Virus record (IMG/VR): IMGVR_UViG_3300042863_000390
Span: 2,286 to 66,285 of that record
Source of the DNA: a virus
DNA length: 64,000 bases
Direction: 5' to 3' (one strand)
The stretch's first letter is position 1; each line of letters starts with the position of its first letter. The position numbers and the translations under genes were made by a program. Of the stretch, positions 47,277-57,691 are shown piece by piece. The notes beneath the pieces are model-generated. The model was not told the origin of the DNA and ran no database searches. It worked only from the letters and a program-made list of their open reading frames with translations.

Positions 47277-47548
47277 TGTATACTTCACCTTTACAAGCCG
47301 TGCGCAAGACTAAAGAGGGAGCGTCGTTGAAAAGATGGTTTGCCGAGAAGTGGACTGATGAGAAAGGTAATGAATGTGGATCGGCGGATAGAAAAGGAGT
47401 GAAAGCTTGTAGACCTTCAGTGAGGGTTAATAGCGAGTCGCCAAAGCCTTGGAGCCAAATGTCACAAGGTGAAAAAGCAAAGGTAGTATCAGCTAAGAAA
47501 AAAGTTGGTATGGGTGCTAGAAGATCTAGCAAAAGTAATGTATCTTAA
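47276..47548 (+). CDS. Small basic protein
   Basis: SLKRWFAEKW...CG...CRP motif common in aquatic phages. Confidence 0.65.
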   Translation: MYTSPLQAVRKTKEGASLKRWFAEKWTDEKGNECGSADRKGVKACRPSVRVNSESPKPWSQMSQGEKAKVVSAKKKVGMGARRSSKSNVS

Positions 47549-47558
47549 ATAATAAAAT

Positions 47559-47909
47559 ATGAGACCAAGTATATTAAATCGTTTTGCAACGAACAATGAC
47601 ATGCTGAAAGACAATTGTGGATGCGATCATTCACCTTTAAAGAAAACTGCTGCGTGGACACGTAAAGAAGGCAAAGATCCTAAAGGAGGGTTGAATGCTA
47701 AAGGTGTTGCAAGTTACAGAAGAGAGAACCCTGGATCAAAGCTGCAAACGGCTGTGACAAAAAAACCATCGGAATTGAAAGCGGGTAGTAAAGATGCTAA
47801 AAGACGTAAGTCGTTTTGTGCTAGAATGTCTGGTATGCCAGGACCTATGAAGAAACCAAATGGAGAACCAACAAGAAAAAAGCTTGCCTTAGACAAGTGG
47901 AACTGTTAA
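47559..47909 (+). CDS. Small basic protein (DUF6321-like)
   Basis: AWTRKEGK.P.GGLNAKG...RRKSFCARM...ALDKWNC. Confidence 0.7.
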   Translation: MRPSILNRFATNNDMLKDNCGCDHSPLKKTAAWTRKEGKDPKGGLNAKGVASYRRENPGSKLQTAVTKKPSELKAGSKDAKRRKSFCARMSGMPGPMKKPNGEPTRKKLALDKWNC

Positions 47910-47922
47910 TAAATAAAAAGAC

Positions 47923-48579
47923 ATGTCAATAATCCCAGCAACAGATAAAGTTTATATGGTCCGTGAAGATGTTAATACCACTTACGGGGGTAGTGCGGCT
48001 TTAAAGGTTTTGCAAAATTGGTATACAATGCAAGACATCGTTGATACAGTAGGTTTTATAAGTTATGCGGGCGGCATATATGCTCAAACAGCAAACTCAA
48101 CCGCTGTAACAGGAACTACCGTAGAAACAACATTGATAAATGGGGGCGTTGGTACATTAACTATTCCCGCAAATGGATTTCAAATAGGAGATAGTTTTAG
48201 AGCTGTATTTGGCGGTGTTATGAATGCTGCTAATAATCAAACTATTAGAATTAGAGTTAAAGCAGGAAATGTTACGTTATTAGACAGTGGAGTGCAATCT
48301 TTAACTAATAGTATTGTAAATGACATTTGGAGTTTAAACATAGACTTCACTGTAAGACAAATTGGAGGTGTTGGTACAGCGTCTATTGTTTCTTTAGGAT
48401 CATTTCATTATATTAAAACATCTAATGCTTCTACACAAGGATTTGCGTTTAATGTAGTGAACAACACAACATTCAATACAACAATTAGCACTACATTAAA
48501 TGTTACAGTTGAATGGGGAAGTAATAACGCGGGTAATTCTATATATAGTGACCTCTTCGTATTAAACAAAACATATTAA
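47923..48579 (+). CDS. Putative virion structural/fibre-associated protein
   Basis: Thr/Gly-rich beta-sandwich-type sequence ahead of the fibre gene. Confidence 0.55.
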   Translation: MSIIPATDKVYMVREDVNTTYGGSAALKVLQNWYTMQDIVDTVGFISYAGGIYAQTANSTAVTGTTVETTLINGGVGTLTIPANGFQIGDSFRAVFGGVMNAANNQTIRIRVKAGNVTLLDSGVQSLTNSIVNDIWSLNIDFTVRQIGGVGTASIVSLGSFHYIKTSNASTQGFAFNVVNNTTFNTTISTTLNVTVEWGSNNAGNSIYSDLFVLNKTY

Positions 48580-48589
48580 AAAATAAAAC

Positions 48590-48907
48590 ATGGCAATATT
48601 ATACAGCTATCCAATAGCATCACCTGCACTTACAGATTTATTATTAGGAACTCATATAGATCCTGAGAGACCGCAAGACGGGAATCCTACTAAATCTTTT
48701 CACATATCAGACGTGGTAAACTTAGTATCTAACACAACTGTTAGTAATCCAACAGCTACAGCACTTAGCCTAGCTACATTGAATGCATTGTATCCAAGTG
48801 CAATGATAGGGTTCAAAGTGCAATGTGCAAACCCTGCTGTATTAAAAATATATGAAAAAACTAATACTACTGCTTGGGTATCTTATACTATAGCAATAGT
48901 AGCATAA
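48590..48907 (+). CDS. Putative small structural protein
   Basis: N-terminus (MAI..YP...D.LLGT) resembles that of the following fibre. Confidence 0.55.
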   Translation: MAILYSYPIASPALTDLLLGTHIDPERPQDGNPTKSFHISDVVNLVSNTTVSNPTATALSLATLNALYPSAMIGFKVQCANPAVLKIYEKTNTTAWVSYTIAIVA

Positions 48908-48916
48908 AACAAATAA

Positions 48917-51900
48917 ATGGCAATAGGTAATTATTATCCAGTAAGCGGTACTGTCGTAGATCAGGATTTATTTTTAGGTACAAAAGCGGGTAATAACAAT
49001 ACTGTTAACTATACTGCGCAGACTGTAGCTAATTATTTAAATACTAATTCTAAGGTAGCCATTGGAGGACAAATATCATTTAGATTTGATATATCCCCAA
49101 ATATACCTAAAACAATATCTTTCAGCGGTGGAGGAGGAAGTGGAACTCCTTTCTCTAGCATAACGCAATTAATAGTTTCTGGAATAGATTTATCCAGTAC
49201 AGATATAACTATTTTCTTAAATTATTTAAATGGTAGTGAAATACTATTAGCACAACAAAATCAACCAAATTTATTTGGTAACTATAAAATAACCAGTTAC
49301 ACTCAAATTGGTACTTCAAACTTTTATACTCTAGGGTTACAATTTATAGGCGGTAATGGAACTATTACAGAGAACACTTATTATAATTTAAGTTCTTTTG
49401 TTTTATCAAGTGGTATTGACGTACCTACATTAAACCAAGTATTAACTGCTGGTAATACGTCTATAATCGATGCTAAAGTTGGTAACTTGTATTCTTACGA
49501 CAACGTTAATGCTGACTATGGTATAGTTCAGTTTTACGATAGTGGGGTTGCTTTAAAAGGGGCATCGACAAATAATCTATTATTTTACAATGACGATACT
49601 GGTACTGTAAAATTTAGCAATGGAACTTACGCGCCAACACTAAACTTTGCAGGGGTTGGTAATAATGTATACACATTCCAAAATGCAAATGGTACTTTAG
49701 CTTTCTTAAGTGATATACCTTCATTGAGTGGATATGTACCTTATACTGGCGCTACTCAAGCGGTAAACTTAGGAGCGTTTAATTTGCTTGTAAATGGAGT
49801 ATCTGTTGGTATAGGTGCGGGGAGTATAACTAGTAACACAGCGATGGGTAATTTAGCTTTAAGTTCAAATACAACAGGCACATTTAATAGCGCTTTTGGA
49901 TCCCAATCAATGTTAAGTAATACAGAGGGTAGGTATAATTCAGCTTATGGGCACGGGTCTTTGCAAAATAATACTACAGGGCAATACAACACGGCGGTTG
50001 GATTAACGGCTTTACTTAATAATACTTCAGCTCTTTATAATACTGCGTGTGGTTTCCAAGCTTTACTTCTTACTACTACTGGTGGTGAAAACTCAGCTTA
50101 TGGTAGACAGGCTTTAAGAAATAATACAACGGGTATACAAAACGTAGGCCTTGGGGCATTTAGTTCTTTATTAAATGCGACTGATTCAAATTGCATAGTA
50201 ATAGGTTATAATGCGACAGGAGCAGGTAGTAATACCGTTACTTTAGGAAACACATCTATAGTTACTACTATATTAAGAGGCAGCGTAGGTATCGGAACAA
50301 CAGCTCCAAGTCAAAATTTACACGTTAGCGGAAATGCAAGAATAACAGGGGCAATATACGATTCAACCAATTCGCCGGGAACAGCTGGACAAGTTTTAGC
50401 TTCTACTGTAACAGGTACAGACTGGGTAAGCCTTTCTGAGATTACAGGTGTTGACGGAACAGGTACAGCTAACTATGTACCAAAATGGTTAGATGCTAAT
50501 ACCATTACAAATAGTTTAATCTATGATAATGGAATAAGAGTTGGAATTGGAACAATTAATACTTCTGCAAATTCTGTTTTGACACTTGGTAATGATATTA
50601 CCTCTAGCGCAACTATTGGGTTGTCATTTAGTACTGTAGGTGTTGAAAAAGGTTTCTTAGGAATGTTTGGTTCTAGTGGTGAAATGCGTTTAAGTTCTGG
50701 TTATTCAGGGTATGGTGGCTTTTTAACATTTTTTGCCAATGGCTCCCAAAGAATGGTTATTACTCAATCAGGGGATGTTGGAATTGGAAATATAAATCCT
50801 ACGCAAAAGCTTCAAGTTAATGGAAATGGATTATTTGGTGTAGCTAAAATAGGGAATTGGGCTATAAACTCAGATTTTGCAAGGTTTGGGCATGCCTCTT
50901 ATGATGGGGCTACTAACTTTGGATTTTTACAATATTCAAATGGTGAAACTTATATTGAGGGTGCAACAAATAATTTTTATGCAACAACTTCAAATATATT
51001 TTCTACTGCTGGTATAGAGCGTATGCGCATAACATCAGCAGGTAATGTTGGAATTGGCCTGAATAACCCTTCATCTTTATTAGAAATTGCTGGACCTGCT
51101 CCAGTGTTAACAATGAATAGGACTTCTGGTTCATTCACAAATACAATAGATTTTAAAACAGGCGGTTCAAGTGTTGGTTCAATTTTATCAAACGCTGGAA
51201 ATGGAGAGCAAAGATATAGTATTGGACCTTCAGCTGGATGGGGCGGTTATCATACATTTTATACTGATACTTCAGAACGCATGCGTATCACCTCAGCTGG
51301 CAACGTAGGTATTGGAACAACAAGTCCTAACAATAAGTTATCTGTTTCAGGAGGAAGTATTGAAATACAAAGTGGGGCAGGTAAAATAGGCTTTAATGTT
51401 AATGATGCTTTTACAGCATACGGAGGTTCAATAGCACAATATGGAATATCGAGAGCCAACGGAACAGACCCTGTGGCTATTTCAGGATATTATGGAGTAA
51501 GTGTTTTTACAAATGGAGCCGAAAGAATGAGAATCTTAAGAGCTGGTAACGTTGGAATAGGGACTACAAGTCCTGTATCAAAACTAGATTTAGGTGCAAC
51601 TGAAAATCAAGAACTTGCAATAAAGAGTGCTACTTCTAACAGGGCTTATTACGCGGGTTGGCAAGATGAGGCAATCATGTCGGTCAATAGACAAGTTTCA
51701 GATGGAACTTTTGCAGATATAACGAAAGGAGCTGGCAGTATAAATATAAACTCTAACGCTGGAGGTTCAAATATAAAATTCCTTACATCAAATGTAGTTA
51801 ACACGCTTCAAACAGAAAAAATGCGTATTACTGAAACAGGAAATGTAGGTATTGGGACTACTACTCCAGGACAATTGTTGGATGTTTCTGGAACTGGAAT

Positions 51901-53176
51901 GGTAAGGCAATTGTATATTAATTATGGAAATAACGACTTTATTTCAAACATAAATTTTCCTGCTATTTATGGAACTTTCAATGGTGGCGCAGCCTATCCT
52001 TTTCTTACAGCCGGAAATTTAATAATTCAACCTCGCACAACTTTAGGGCGAGATATTGTCTTTGCTAATGGAGCTACAACTCCTACAGTAAAAATGGTAA
52101 TAGATAGCACGGGTAACGTAGGTATTGGAACAACTGCTCCAAGCACTAAACTTCACGTATCTGGAGACGCAAATGGTATTCTAGCTCTTGGGCGTTTTGA
52201 AAATACAAATGTAGGGACTGCAGCGCAATCAAGGATTCAATTAGGCGCTGGAACGGCAACCTCATTAATTCAAATGTTTGGTTCAGGACACTCAACTACA
52301 CCACGTTTGTTTAGAATAAGCGGTTCTAGTGACGGAGGGGATATGTATTTAGCAACAGGTGGAGTTGATAGACTTGCTATTACCTTAGCAGGTAATGTAG
52401 GTATTGGCACAACAAGTCCGATATCCCCATTGCAGGTGACTGGTGATTTTACTGGAGTATCACTCAATCCACAATTAACAGTATCAGGGAAAACAAATGA
52501 CGCAAAGCGATTAAGATTTGGAGTTGATACAGGAGCTGCTACAATGTACAGCTGGATCCAATCTGTTGAAAATAGCGTAAGCGTTAGAAATTTAATTCTT
52601 CAGCCTGAAGGTGGCAACGTTGGGATTGGAACGGCAGCACCAATAGCAAAGCTTCATGTAGCAAACACATTAGAGACTGAGATTAGAGCTTCAGAGAACA
52701 CTAATAATAATTTTATAGGACTAACTCAACAAGCAACAACTTCTTATTTAATAGCAGGAAGAGCAGGAGCTACTCCTACACAACCTTTGGCGATATATAC
52801 TGGTGGCTCTGAAAGAATGCGTATTACCTCAACAGGCGACGTAGGTATTGGAACAACTGCGCCAGTTGGTAGACTTGACGTAAGAGCGCCTGGCGCATTA
52901 TCAATTGACACTGCTTTTAGAGTTAGAAACAGTGCGGATAGTAATAACTTGATGATTATCAATGGGGCAGGAGGAATAGGAGTTGGAACAACATCTCCAC
53001 TACCATCTGCAGTATTGGATATTAATTCAACAACACAAGGTTTCCTTCCTCCAAGAATGACAAACGCGCAAAGGCTAGCAATATCATTGCCCGCAGTTGG
53101 TTTAATGGTGTATTGTACAGACGTAGTAGAAGGATTATATATATACAAATCCACAGGGTGGACATTCATAATTTAA
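48917..53176 (+). CDS. Tail fibre protein
   Basis: About 12 (ERMRIT..)GNVGIGT..P repeats, NT.G/NTTG repeats, C-terminal GFLPPRMT..QR.AI..PA.GL.VY.TD. Confidence 0.85.
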   Translation: MAIGNYYPVSGTVVDQDLFLGTKAGNNNTVNYTAQTVANYLNTNSKVAIGGQISFRFDISPNIPKTISFSGGGGSGTPFSSITQLIVSGIDLSSTDITIFLNYLNGSEILLAQQNQPNLFGNYKITSYTQIGTSNFYTLGLQFIGGNGTITENTYYNLSSFVLSSGIDVPTLNQVLTAGNTSIIDAKVGNLYSYDNVNADYGIVQFYDSGVALKGASTNNLLFYNDDTGTVKFSNGTYAPTLNFAGVGNNVYTFQNANGTLAFLSDIPSLSGYVPYTGATQAVNLGAFNLLVNGVSVGIGAGSITSNTAMGNLALSSNTTGTFNSAFGSQSMLSNTEGRYNSAYGHGSLQNNTTGQYNTAVGLTALLNNTSALYNTACGFQALLLTTTGGENSAYGRQALRNNTTGIQNVGLGAFSSLLNATDSNCIVIGYNATGAGSNTVTLGNTSIVTTILRGSVGIGTTAPSQNLHVSGNARITGAIYDSTNSPGTAGQVLASTVTGTDWVSLSEITGVDGTGTANYVPKWLDANTITNSLIYDNGIRVGIGTINTSANSVLTLGNDITSSATIGLSFSTVGVEKGFLGMFGSSGEMRLSSGYSGYGGFLTFFANGSQRMVITQSGDVGIGNINPTQKLQVNGNGLFGVAKIGNWAINSDFARFGHASYDGATNFGFLQYSNGETYIEGATNNFYATTSNIFSTAGIERMRITSAGNVGIGLNNPSSLLEIAGPAPVLTMNRTSGSFTNTIDFKTGGSSVGSILSNAGNGEQRYSIGPSAGWGGYHTFYTDTSERMRITSAGNVGIGTTSPNNKLSVSGGSIEIQSGAGKIGFNVNDAFTAYGGSIAQYGISRANGTDPVAISGYYGVSVFTNGAERMRILRAGNVGIGTTSPVSKLDLGATENQELAIKSATSNRAYYAGWQDEAIMSVNRQVSDGTFADITKGAGSININSNAGGSNIKFLTSNVVNTLQTEKMRITETGNVGIGTTTPGQLLDVSGTGMVRQLYINYGNNDFISNINFPAIYGTFNGGAAYPFLTAGNLIIQPRTTLGRDIVFANGATTPTVKMVIDSTGNVGIGTTAPSTKLHVSGDANGILALGRFENTNVGTAAQSRIQLGAGTATSLIQMFGSGHSTTPRLFRISGSSDGGDMYLATGGVDRLAITLAGNVGIGTTSPISPLQVTGDFTGVSLNPQLTVSGKTNDAKRLRFGVDTGAATMYSWIQSVENSVSVRNLILQPEGGNVGIGTAAPIAKLHVANTLETEIRASENTNNNFIGLTQQATTSYLIAGRAGATPTQPLAIYTGGSERMRITSTGDVGIGTTAPVGRLDVRAPGALSIDTAFRVRNSADSNNLMIINGAGGIGVGTTSPLPSAVLDINSTTQGFLPPRMTNAQRLAISLPAVGLMVYCTDVVEGLYIYKSTGWTFII

Positions 53177-53187
53177 AAATAAAAAAA

Positions 53188-53565
53188 ATGGCAAAACAAG
53201 CAACAGGAGTTATTTACGATTGGAATTGCAAAACAGTAGACGCATACCCAAAGGATGGGGAATACACGGACGTAGTGTACAATGTGCATTGGATTGTAAC
53301 AGGAACAGATGATTCTGTACCGCCAGTACAAGCAACTGTATATGGAACACAAACTTTAAATGTAGAAGACATTACAACATTTATTCCTTTTGAGGATTTA
53401 ACAAATGAGGAAGTTGTAGCATGGACACAAGCAGCAATGGGTGAAGAACAAGTAGCATCAATAGAAGCTAATATTGTAGGTCAAATTGAGCTTTTGATTA
53501 ACCCTACGTCCGTAACATTAACAATTGGAGAGCCTGTACCAGGACCAACACCACCGGCTGAATAA
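53188..53565 (+). CDS. Fibre-associated small protein
   Basis: Likely start MAKQATG; VVYNVHW, FIPFEDLT.E.V..W motifs. Confidence 0.65.
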   Translation: MAKQATGVIYDWNCKTVDAYPKDGEYTDVVYNVHWIVTGTDDSVPPVQATVYGTQTLNVEDITTFIPFEDLTNEEVVAWTQAAMGEEQVASIEANIVGQIELLINPTSVTLTIGEPVPGPTPPAE

Positions 53566-53747
53566 TGAGTAAGGAGCAATTAGACATACTATTAAATAAA
53601 TGGATTAGTAGAAAACTAATGGTGTTTATTGTGGCTTGTGGCGGCTTATTCTCTGGATATTTAGGTTCATCAGATTGGGTTATAATAGCAACAGCATATA
53701 TAGGCATTCAAGGATTTACGGACATTGTTAATAAACTTAAAAGATAA
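53565..53747 (+). CDS. Putative holin
   Basis: 60 aa, SRKL followed by two transmembrane segments, upstream of lysin. Confidence 0.65.
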   Translation: MSKEQLDILLNKWISRKLMVFIVACGGLFSGYLGSSDWVIIATAYIGIQGFTDIVNKLKR

Positions 53748-53947
53748 TGGATCAATGTAGCATTCGTGTTTATGGTTTAAACACATTAACCCTCATAATG
53801 AGTCTAACAAATTTGGAAGCAAGCCTAAAAATACTATTATTGATAATATCAATAGTGTATACCTCAATGAAAATATTCGATTGGTTAATAATTAAAATAA
53901 AAGGAAATAAAAATGCAGATAACAGTAAAGAGACTACACAAGACTGA
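53747..53947 (+). CDS. Small membrane protein (holin/antiholin-like)
   Basis: Hydrophobic 66 aa in the lysis cassette. Confidence 0.55.
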   Translation: MDQCSIRVYGLNTLTLIMSLTNLEASLKILLLIISIVYTSMKIFDWLIIKIKGNKNADNSKETTQD

Positions 53948-54299
53948 TACATCTACAATAGGTGAACTATCGATCGATGGGCTATTCGAATGTTACACAT
54001 TAGAGGATGTTGAACGCCCAGTAAAGATTAAGAATGAAACAGCAATACCTAAAGGTACTTATAAAGTAATAATAAATCAATCTAATAGATTCAAAAGATT
54101 ATTGCCTTTATTAATTGATGTGCCTGGTTTTGAGGGGGTTCGTATACATAGTGGTAATTCAAACCATGATACAGAAGGTTGTATACTTGTTGGAAGAACA
54201 CGCTCTAAAGATTTTATAGGGCAATCAAGAAAAGCATTTGAAAAATTATTTAAAAAAATGCAAGCGGCCAAAAATATAACCATAACTATATTATCATAA
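53913..54299 (+). CDS. Endolysin candidate (DUF5675, L,D-transpeptidase-like)
   Basis: STIG.L, CYTLE, AIPKGTY, VPGFEGVRIHSGN...TEGCILVG. Confidence 0.8.
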   Translation: MQITVKRLHKTDTSTIGELSIDGLFECYTLEDVERPVKIKNETAIPKGTYKVIINQSNRFKRLLPLLIDVPGFEGVRIHSGNSNHDTEGCILVGRTRSKDFIGQSRKAFEKLFKKMQAAKNITITILS

Positions 54300-54787
54300 T
54301 GAAAAAGATTATATTATTATTTTTAATCATATTAACATCTTGCGCAAGTAGACAAGTTCAAGTAGATAAATTAGACGTAAAGAAAGATAGTGTAGCTGAA
54401 ACAAAAGTTACAGTTACAACTATAGAAAACAAAATAAAAACAGATTCTACAAACATAGTTACAACTATTGATAATAGTGAAATTACGATCACCCCGATTG
54501 ATACATGTAAAGAAATTATCGTAGAAGGCAAAGTTTATAAAAACGTTGTTTTAAAGATAAAAAAAAATAAAGTTAATACTTTATATACAAATAACAAAAC
54601 AGAGTCTAATAATAAGCGTACGGACTCCGTAGCGACTGTTAAGGTGCAAGAAAAAGAACACGTTGTTGCAAAAGGAAAAAAAATAGATAAACCAGCTAAT
54701 TATTGGTGGATTCTATGGTTACTTTTATTAATATTAACATTATATCAATTATGGCGAAACAAACTGTCGTTGCTAAAATTATTGTAA
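54299..54787 (+). CDS. Putative unimolecular spanin
   Basis: Lipobox LTSC at the N-terminus plus a C-terminal transmembrane helix. Confidence 0.65.
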   Translation: MKKIILLFLIILTSCASRQVQVDKLDVKKDSVAETKVTVTTIENKIKTDSTNIVTTIDNSEITITPIDTCKEIIVEGKVYKNVVLKIKKNKVNTLYTNNKTESNNKRTDSVATVKVQEKEHVVAKGKKIDKPANYWWILWLLLLILTLYQLWRNKLSLLKLL

Positions 54788-54882
54788 AAGACATATCTAG
54801 ACCAGGTGTTCACGCTAAAACAAAAACATCTAAAATTAAAACCTCTAAACTTTACAAAAAGAAATACAGAGGACAAGGTTAG
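54751..54882 (+). CDS. Small basic protein ending KKYRGQG (43 aa, not in ORF track)
   Basis: MAKQTVVAKIIVKDISRPGVHAKTKTSKIKTSKLYKKKYRGQG. Confidence 0.55.
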   Translation: MAKQTVVAKIIVKDISRPGVHAKTKTSKIKTSKLYKKKYRGQG

Positions 54883-54899
54883 TAAAAATTTGTAAAAAC

Positions 54900-54918
54900 A
54901 AGTAATATATTAACTATA
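54900..54918 (+). promoter_or_regulatory. Candidate class-II promoter AAGTAAT-N8-TATA
   Basis: Shared motif upstream of groEL. Confidence 0.45.
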
Positions 54919-54939
54919 TCAATTTAATCAAATAAAATT

Positions 54940-56487
54940 ATGTCAGACGCAATAGTCAAAAACTTAAGTTTCGGAAAAGAAGCTAGTGATAAAGTATTTG
55001 CTGGAATAGAAAAATTATCTAAAGCAGTTAGCTCTACTTTAGGAGCCAGCGGTAAATGTGTTTTATTAGAAGACGCTGCAGGAAGACCTGTTATTACTAA
55101 AGACGGTGTTTCAGTTGCTGATTCAATTATTCTTTTAGATCCTGTTGAAAATATGGGAGCTACTCTTTTAAAAGAAGCAGCTAGAAAAACGGTTAGAGAA
55201 GCAGGCGATGGAACAACAACAGCAACGGTATTAGCTCATGCAATTTTAAAAAGTGCATACGCTATTGAAAACCCTAACGCAAGGAAAATTAAAGAAGGCA
55301 TTAATAAAGCAGTTGAAAACGTAATAAAGTATCTTGAGGATATGTCTATAAAAGTAGACGATAATATGTTAGACCAAATTGCTACTATTTCAACCAATAA
55401 CGATCCTGTATTAGGCAAGTTAGTTGGAGACGCTTTTAGATCTGTTGGGAATACAGGTATTGTAATGATGGAAACATCAGCAGAACCAGAATGTAGTTTA
55501 CAAGTAGTTGAAGGGGTACAATGCTCAATGGGTTTAAAAAATTCACACTTCATTACTAATCAAAAGAATAAAACTGCAGAATTAGATAATCCTTTAGTAT
55601 TGCTAGTTGAATCTCCAATAGAGAATATAAGACAGATACAATCTGTTTTAGAATATGTTATAAAGAACAATAAATCTTTACTTATAATAGCCGATATGGA
55701 GCAAGTGCCTTTAGCAGCTTTGGCAATGAATAAGTCTAAAGGTAATATAAAAATAAATGTTATTGATGCACCGGTTTACGGTGTTAATAGAAAAGAGATA
55801 TTTGATGATCTTGCTTTATTAACTGGTGCAACTTTAATAAACGAAGATCTCGGTGATGATTTAGATTTAATCCAACCAGAAGTATTAGGTAGTTGTATTA
55901 AGAGCATAACTAATCATGAAGAAACAATTCTTCACGTTGGTGAAACATCAGAGGAAATATTAGCGATTATTGAAGATGTTAAAAAGTCTTTAACAGAACC
56001 TAATAACAGTCACCAAGTAATAAAATTAGAAAAAAGATTAGCAAGACTAACAGCTAAGATTGCTGTTGTAAAAGTTGGTGCTAATTCAGAGATAGAATTA
56101 AAAGAGAAAGCAGATAGAATAGAAGATGCGATTTGCGCAACTAAAGCAGCGATAAAAGAAGGTATTGTACCTGGAGGAGGAATTGCTTTATTGAACGCTT
56201 CACATAACATAGATACTTTTTCCATTGGGGAAGAAATATTAATGGAATCTATTAAAGCACCTTTTCATACTATATTAGATAACGCGGGTATTGAATATGC
56301 TCCACTGGAAACAATATCAAAAATTGGGTATGGGCTTAATGTTATAACAGGCGAAACTGTAGATATGATTAAAGCGGGTATTATTGATCCTTTATTGGTT
56401 ACAAAAAGTGCTTTAAGAAATGCTGCATCAGTCGCAACTACTATATTGTCAACAGATTGTGTAATTAATAACTTACGCGTATCATGA
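54940..56487 (+). CDS. groEL: Chaperonin GroEL
   Basis: ITKDGVSVA, AGDGTTTATVLA, EGIVPGGG, GIIDP; no GGM tail. Confidence 0.95.
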   Translation: MSDAIVKNLSFGKEASDKVFAGIEKLSKAVSSTLGASGKCVLLEDAAGRPVITKDGVSVADSIILLDPVENMGATLLKEAARKTVREAGDGTTTATVLAHAILKSAYAIENPNARKIKEGINKAVENVIKYLEDMSIKVDDNMLDQIATISTNNDPVLGKLVGDAFRSVGNTGIVMMETSAEPECSLQVVEGVQCSMGLKNSHFITNQKNKTAELDNPLVLLVESPIENIRQIQSVLEYVIKNNKSLLIIADMEQVPLAALAMNKSKGNIKINVIDAPVYGVNRKEIFDDLALLTGATLINEDLGDDLDLIQPEVLGSCIKSITNHEETILHVGETSEEILAIIEDVKKSLTEPNNSHQVIKLEKRLARLTAKIAVVKVGANSEIELKEKADRIEDAICATKAAIKEGIVPGGGIALLNASHNIDTFSIGEEILMESIKAPFHTILDNAGIEYAPLETISKIGYGLNVITGETVDMIKAGIIDPLLVTKSALRNAASVATTILSTDCVINNLRVS

Positions 56488-56744
56488 AAGCAATAGGTAG
56501 AAATTTGATTATAGAGAAATTAAAAGAGGGTACAACCGTCACTAAAGGCGGTTTAATGCTCTCCGAGAATCAAAGAGAAGATATTAGGTATATACAGGCT
56601 AAAGTATTGGAAATTGGCGATGAGGTTGTAGGAGTTAAAAAGAATGATGAAATATTTTATGATAGACATGCTGGTCATAAAATCGAAATAGATAAGGATA
56701 CTTATCACGTTATAAAGTTAGCCGATGTAGTTATTGTTTTATGA
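56484..56744 (+). CDS. groES: Co-chaperonin GroES
   Basis: TKGGLML mobile loop, V..IG..V..VK..D, coupled to groEL. Confidence 0.85.
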   Translation: MKAIGRNLIIEKLKEGTTVTKGGLMLSENQREDIRYIQAKVLEIGDEVVGVKKNDEIFYDRHAGHKIEIDKDTYHVIKLADVVIVL

Positions 56745-57199
56745 AACGATTAGAAGCCTCAGATGTTAAAGAACTTGGGTTATTAAAGCATTATAGAATA
56801 ATACGCAGATGGGCATGCAAGAACAATGATTTAACAGATGCTGATTTAGAACTGTTAATTTATTTTGATTGTATGGATTTCTTTACAAAACAGGATTATA
56901 AAATAGGTACATACGCATATAGTTGGGACAATAAACGCTGGAACAGTTTATTAAAAGAAGGTTGGATAGTGGTTTGGAGAAATAGAAACCATACAACTCA
57001 AAAATACAATATATATAAAGTTTCATTTAAGTGTAAACAACTAATAAATAAAATGTACCGTATAATGCTGGGCAAAGAAGATATACCAACTGGCCGCAGA
57101 AATACAATAATGAAAGGAAAAACATATATGGATACGGTAGCAATAACGGCCATAGAAAATGTAAATAATGATAAAACAAGAAACAATAATGGATATTAA
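56741..57199 (+). CDS. Putative winged-helix DNA-binding protein
   Basis: LTDADLELLIY...L.KEGWI.VW pattern. Confidence 0.5.
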   Translation: MKRLEASDVKELGLLKHYRIIRRWACKNNDLTDADLELLIYFDCMDFFTKQDYKIGTYAYSWDNKRWNSLLKEGWIVVWRNRNHTTQKYNIYKVSFKCKQLINKMYRIMLGKEDIPTGRRNTIMKGKTYMDTVAITAIENVNNDKTRNNNGY

Positions 57200-57425
57200 T
57201 ACACAGCCGCAATTACCGTATAATAATATTAACCCTAAAGCTTTTTCAAATCAAGAAGCTATAGTTGGTATGTATGGAACAGCAAACCCTGGAACTTTTA
57301 CTAGAACAGTTGGGAACAATACTATGACTAAACCTGCTGATATGATGGCAAGTCAAGATGCACCAATTCCACCACCGGCTGGTATTCAAACGCCAATAAC
57401 ACCTAACTACGACTTAAACTATTAA
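57189..57425 (+). CDS. Low-complexity small protein
   Basis: Pro/Thr/Asn-rich ORF in operon. Confidence 0.5.
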   Translation: MDINTQPQLPYNNINPKAFSNQEAIVGMYGTANPGTFTRTVGNNTMTKPADMMASQDAPIPPPAGIQTPITPNYDLNY

Positions 57426-57427
57426 TC

Positions 57428-57646
57428 ATGGATTTAAACATCAAAAAACACCCAAACGACATACACGATAAGACTGCTGCTGAATCAGGAGTTGGAGCAA
57501 ATGCTTTGTGGAATGGTCCTTTTAATACTAATTCTTTACCAAAAGGAAAAGGATCAAGCTCTGGAATAACTGGAATTATATTAAACAATGATAAGCCGGT
57601 ATATAGTGCGTTACCAATAACTGAAAAAGCTAAAGGTAGAATTTAA
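57428..57646 (+). CDS. Small protein
   Basis: GVGANALWNGP...PKGKGSSSG. Confidence 0.55.
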   Translation: MDLNIKKHPNDIHDKTAAESGVGANALWNGPFNTNSLPKGKGSSSGITGIILNNDKPVYSALPITEKAKGRI

Positions 57647-57691
57647 TATTATTACTTTATAACTAAAAATAAACAAACTAAAAATTTTAAA

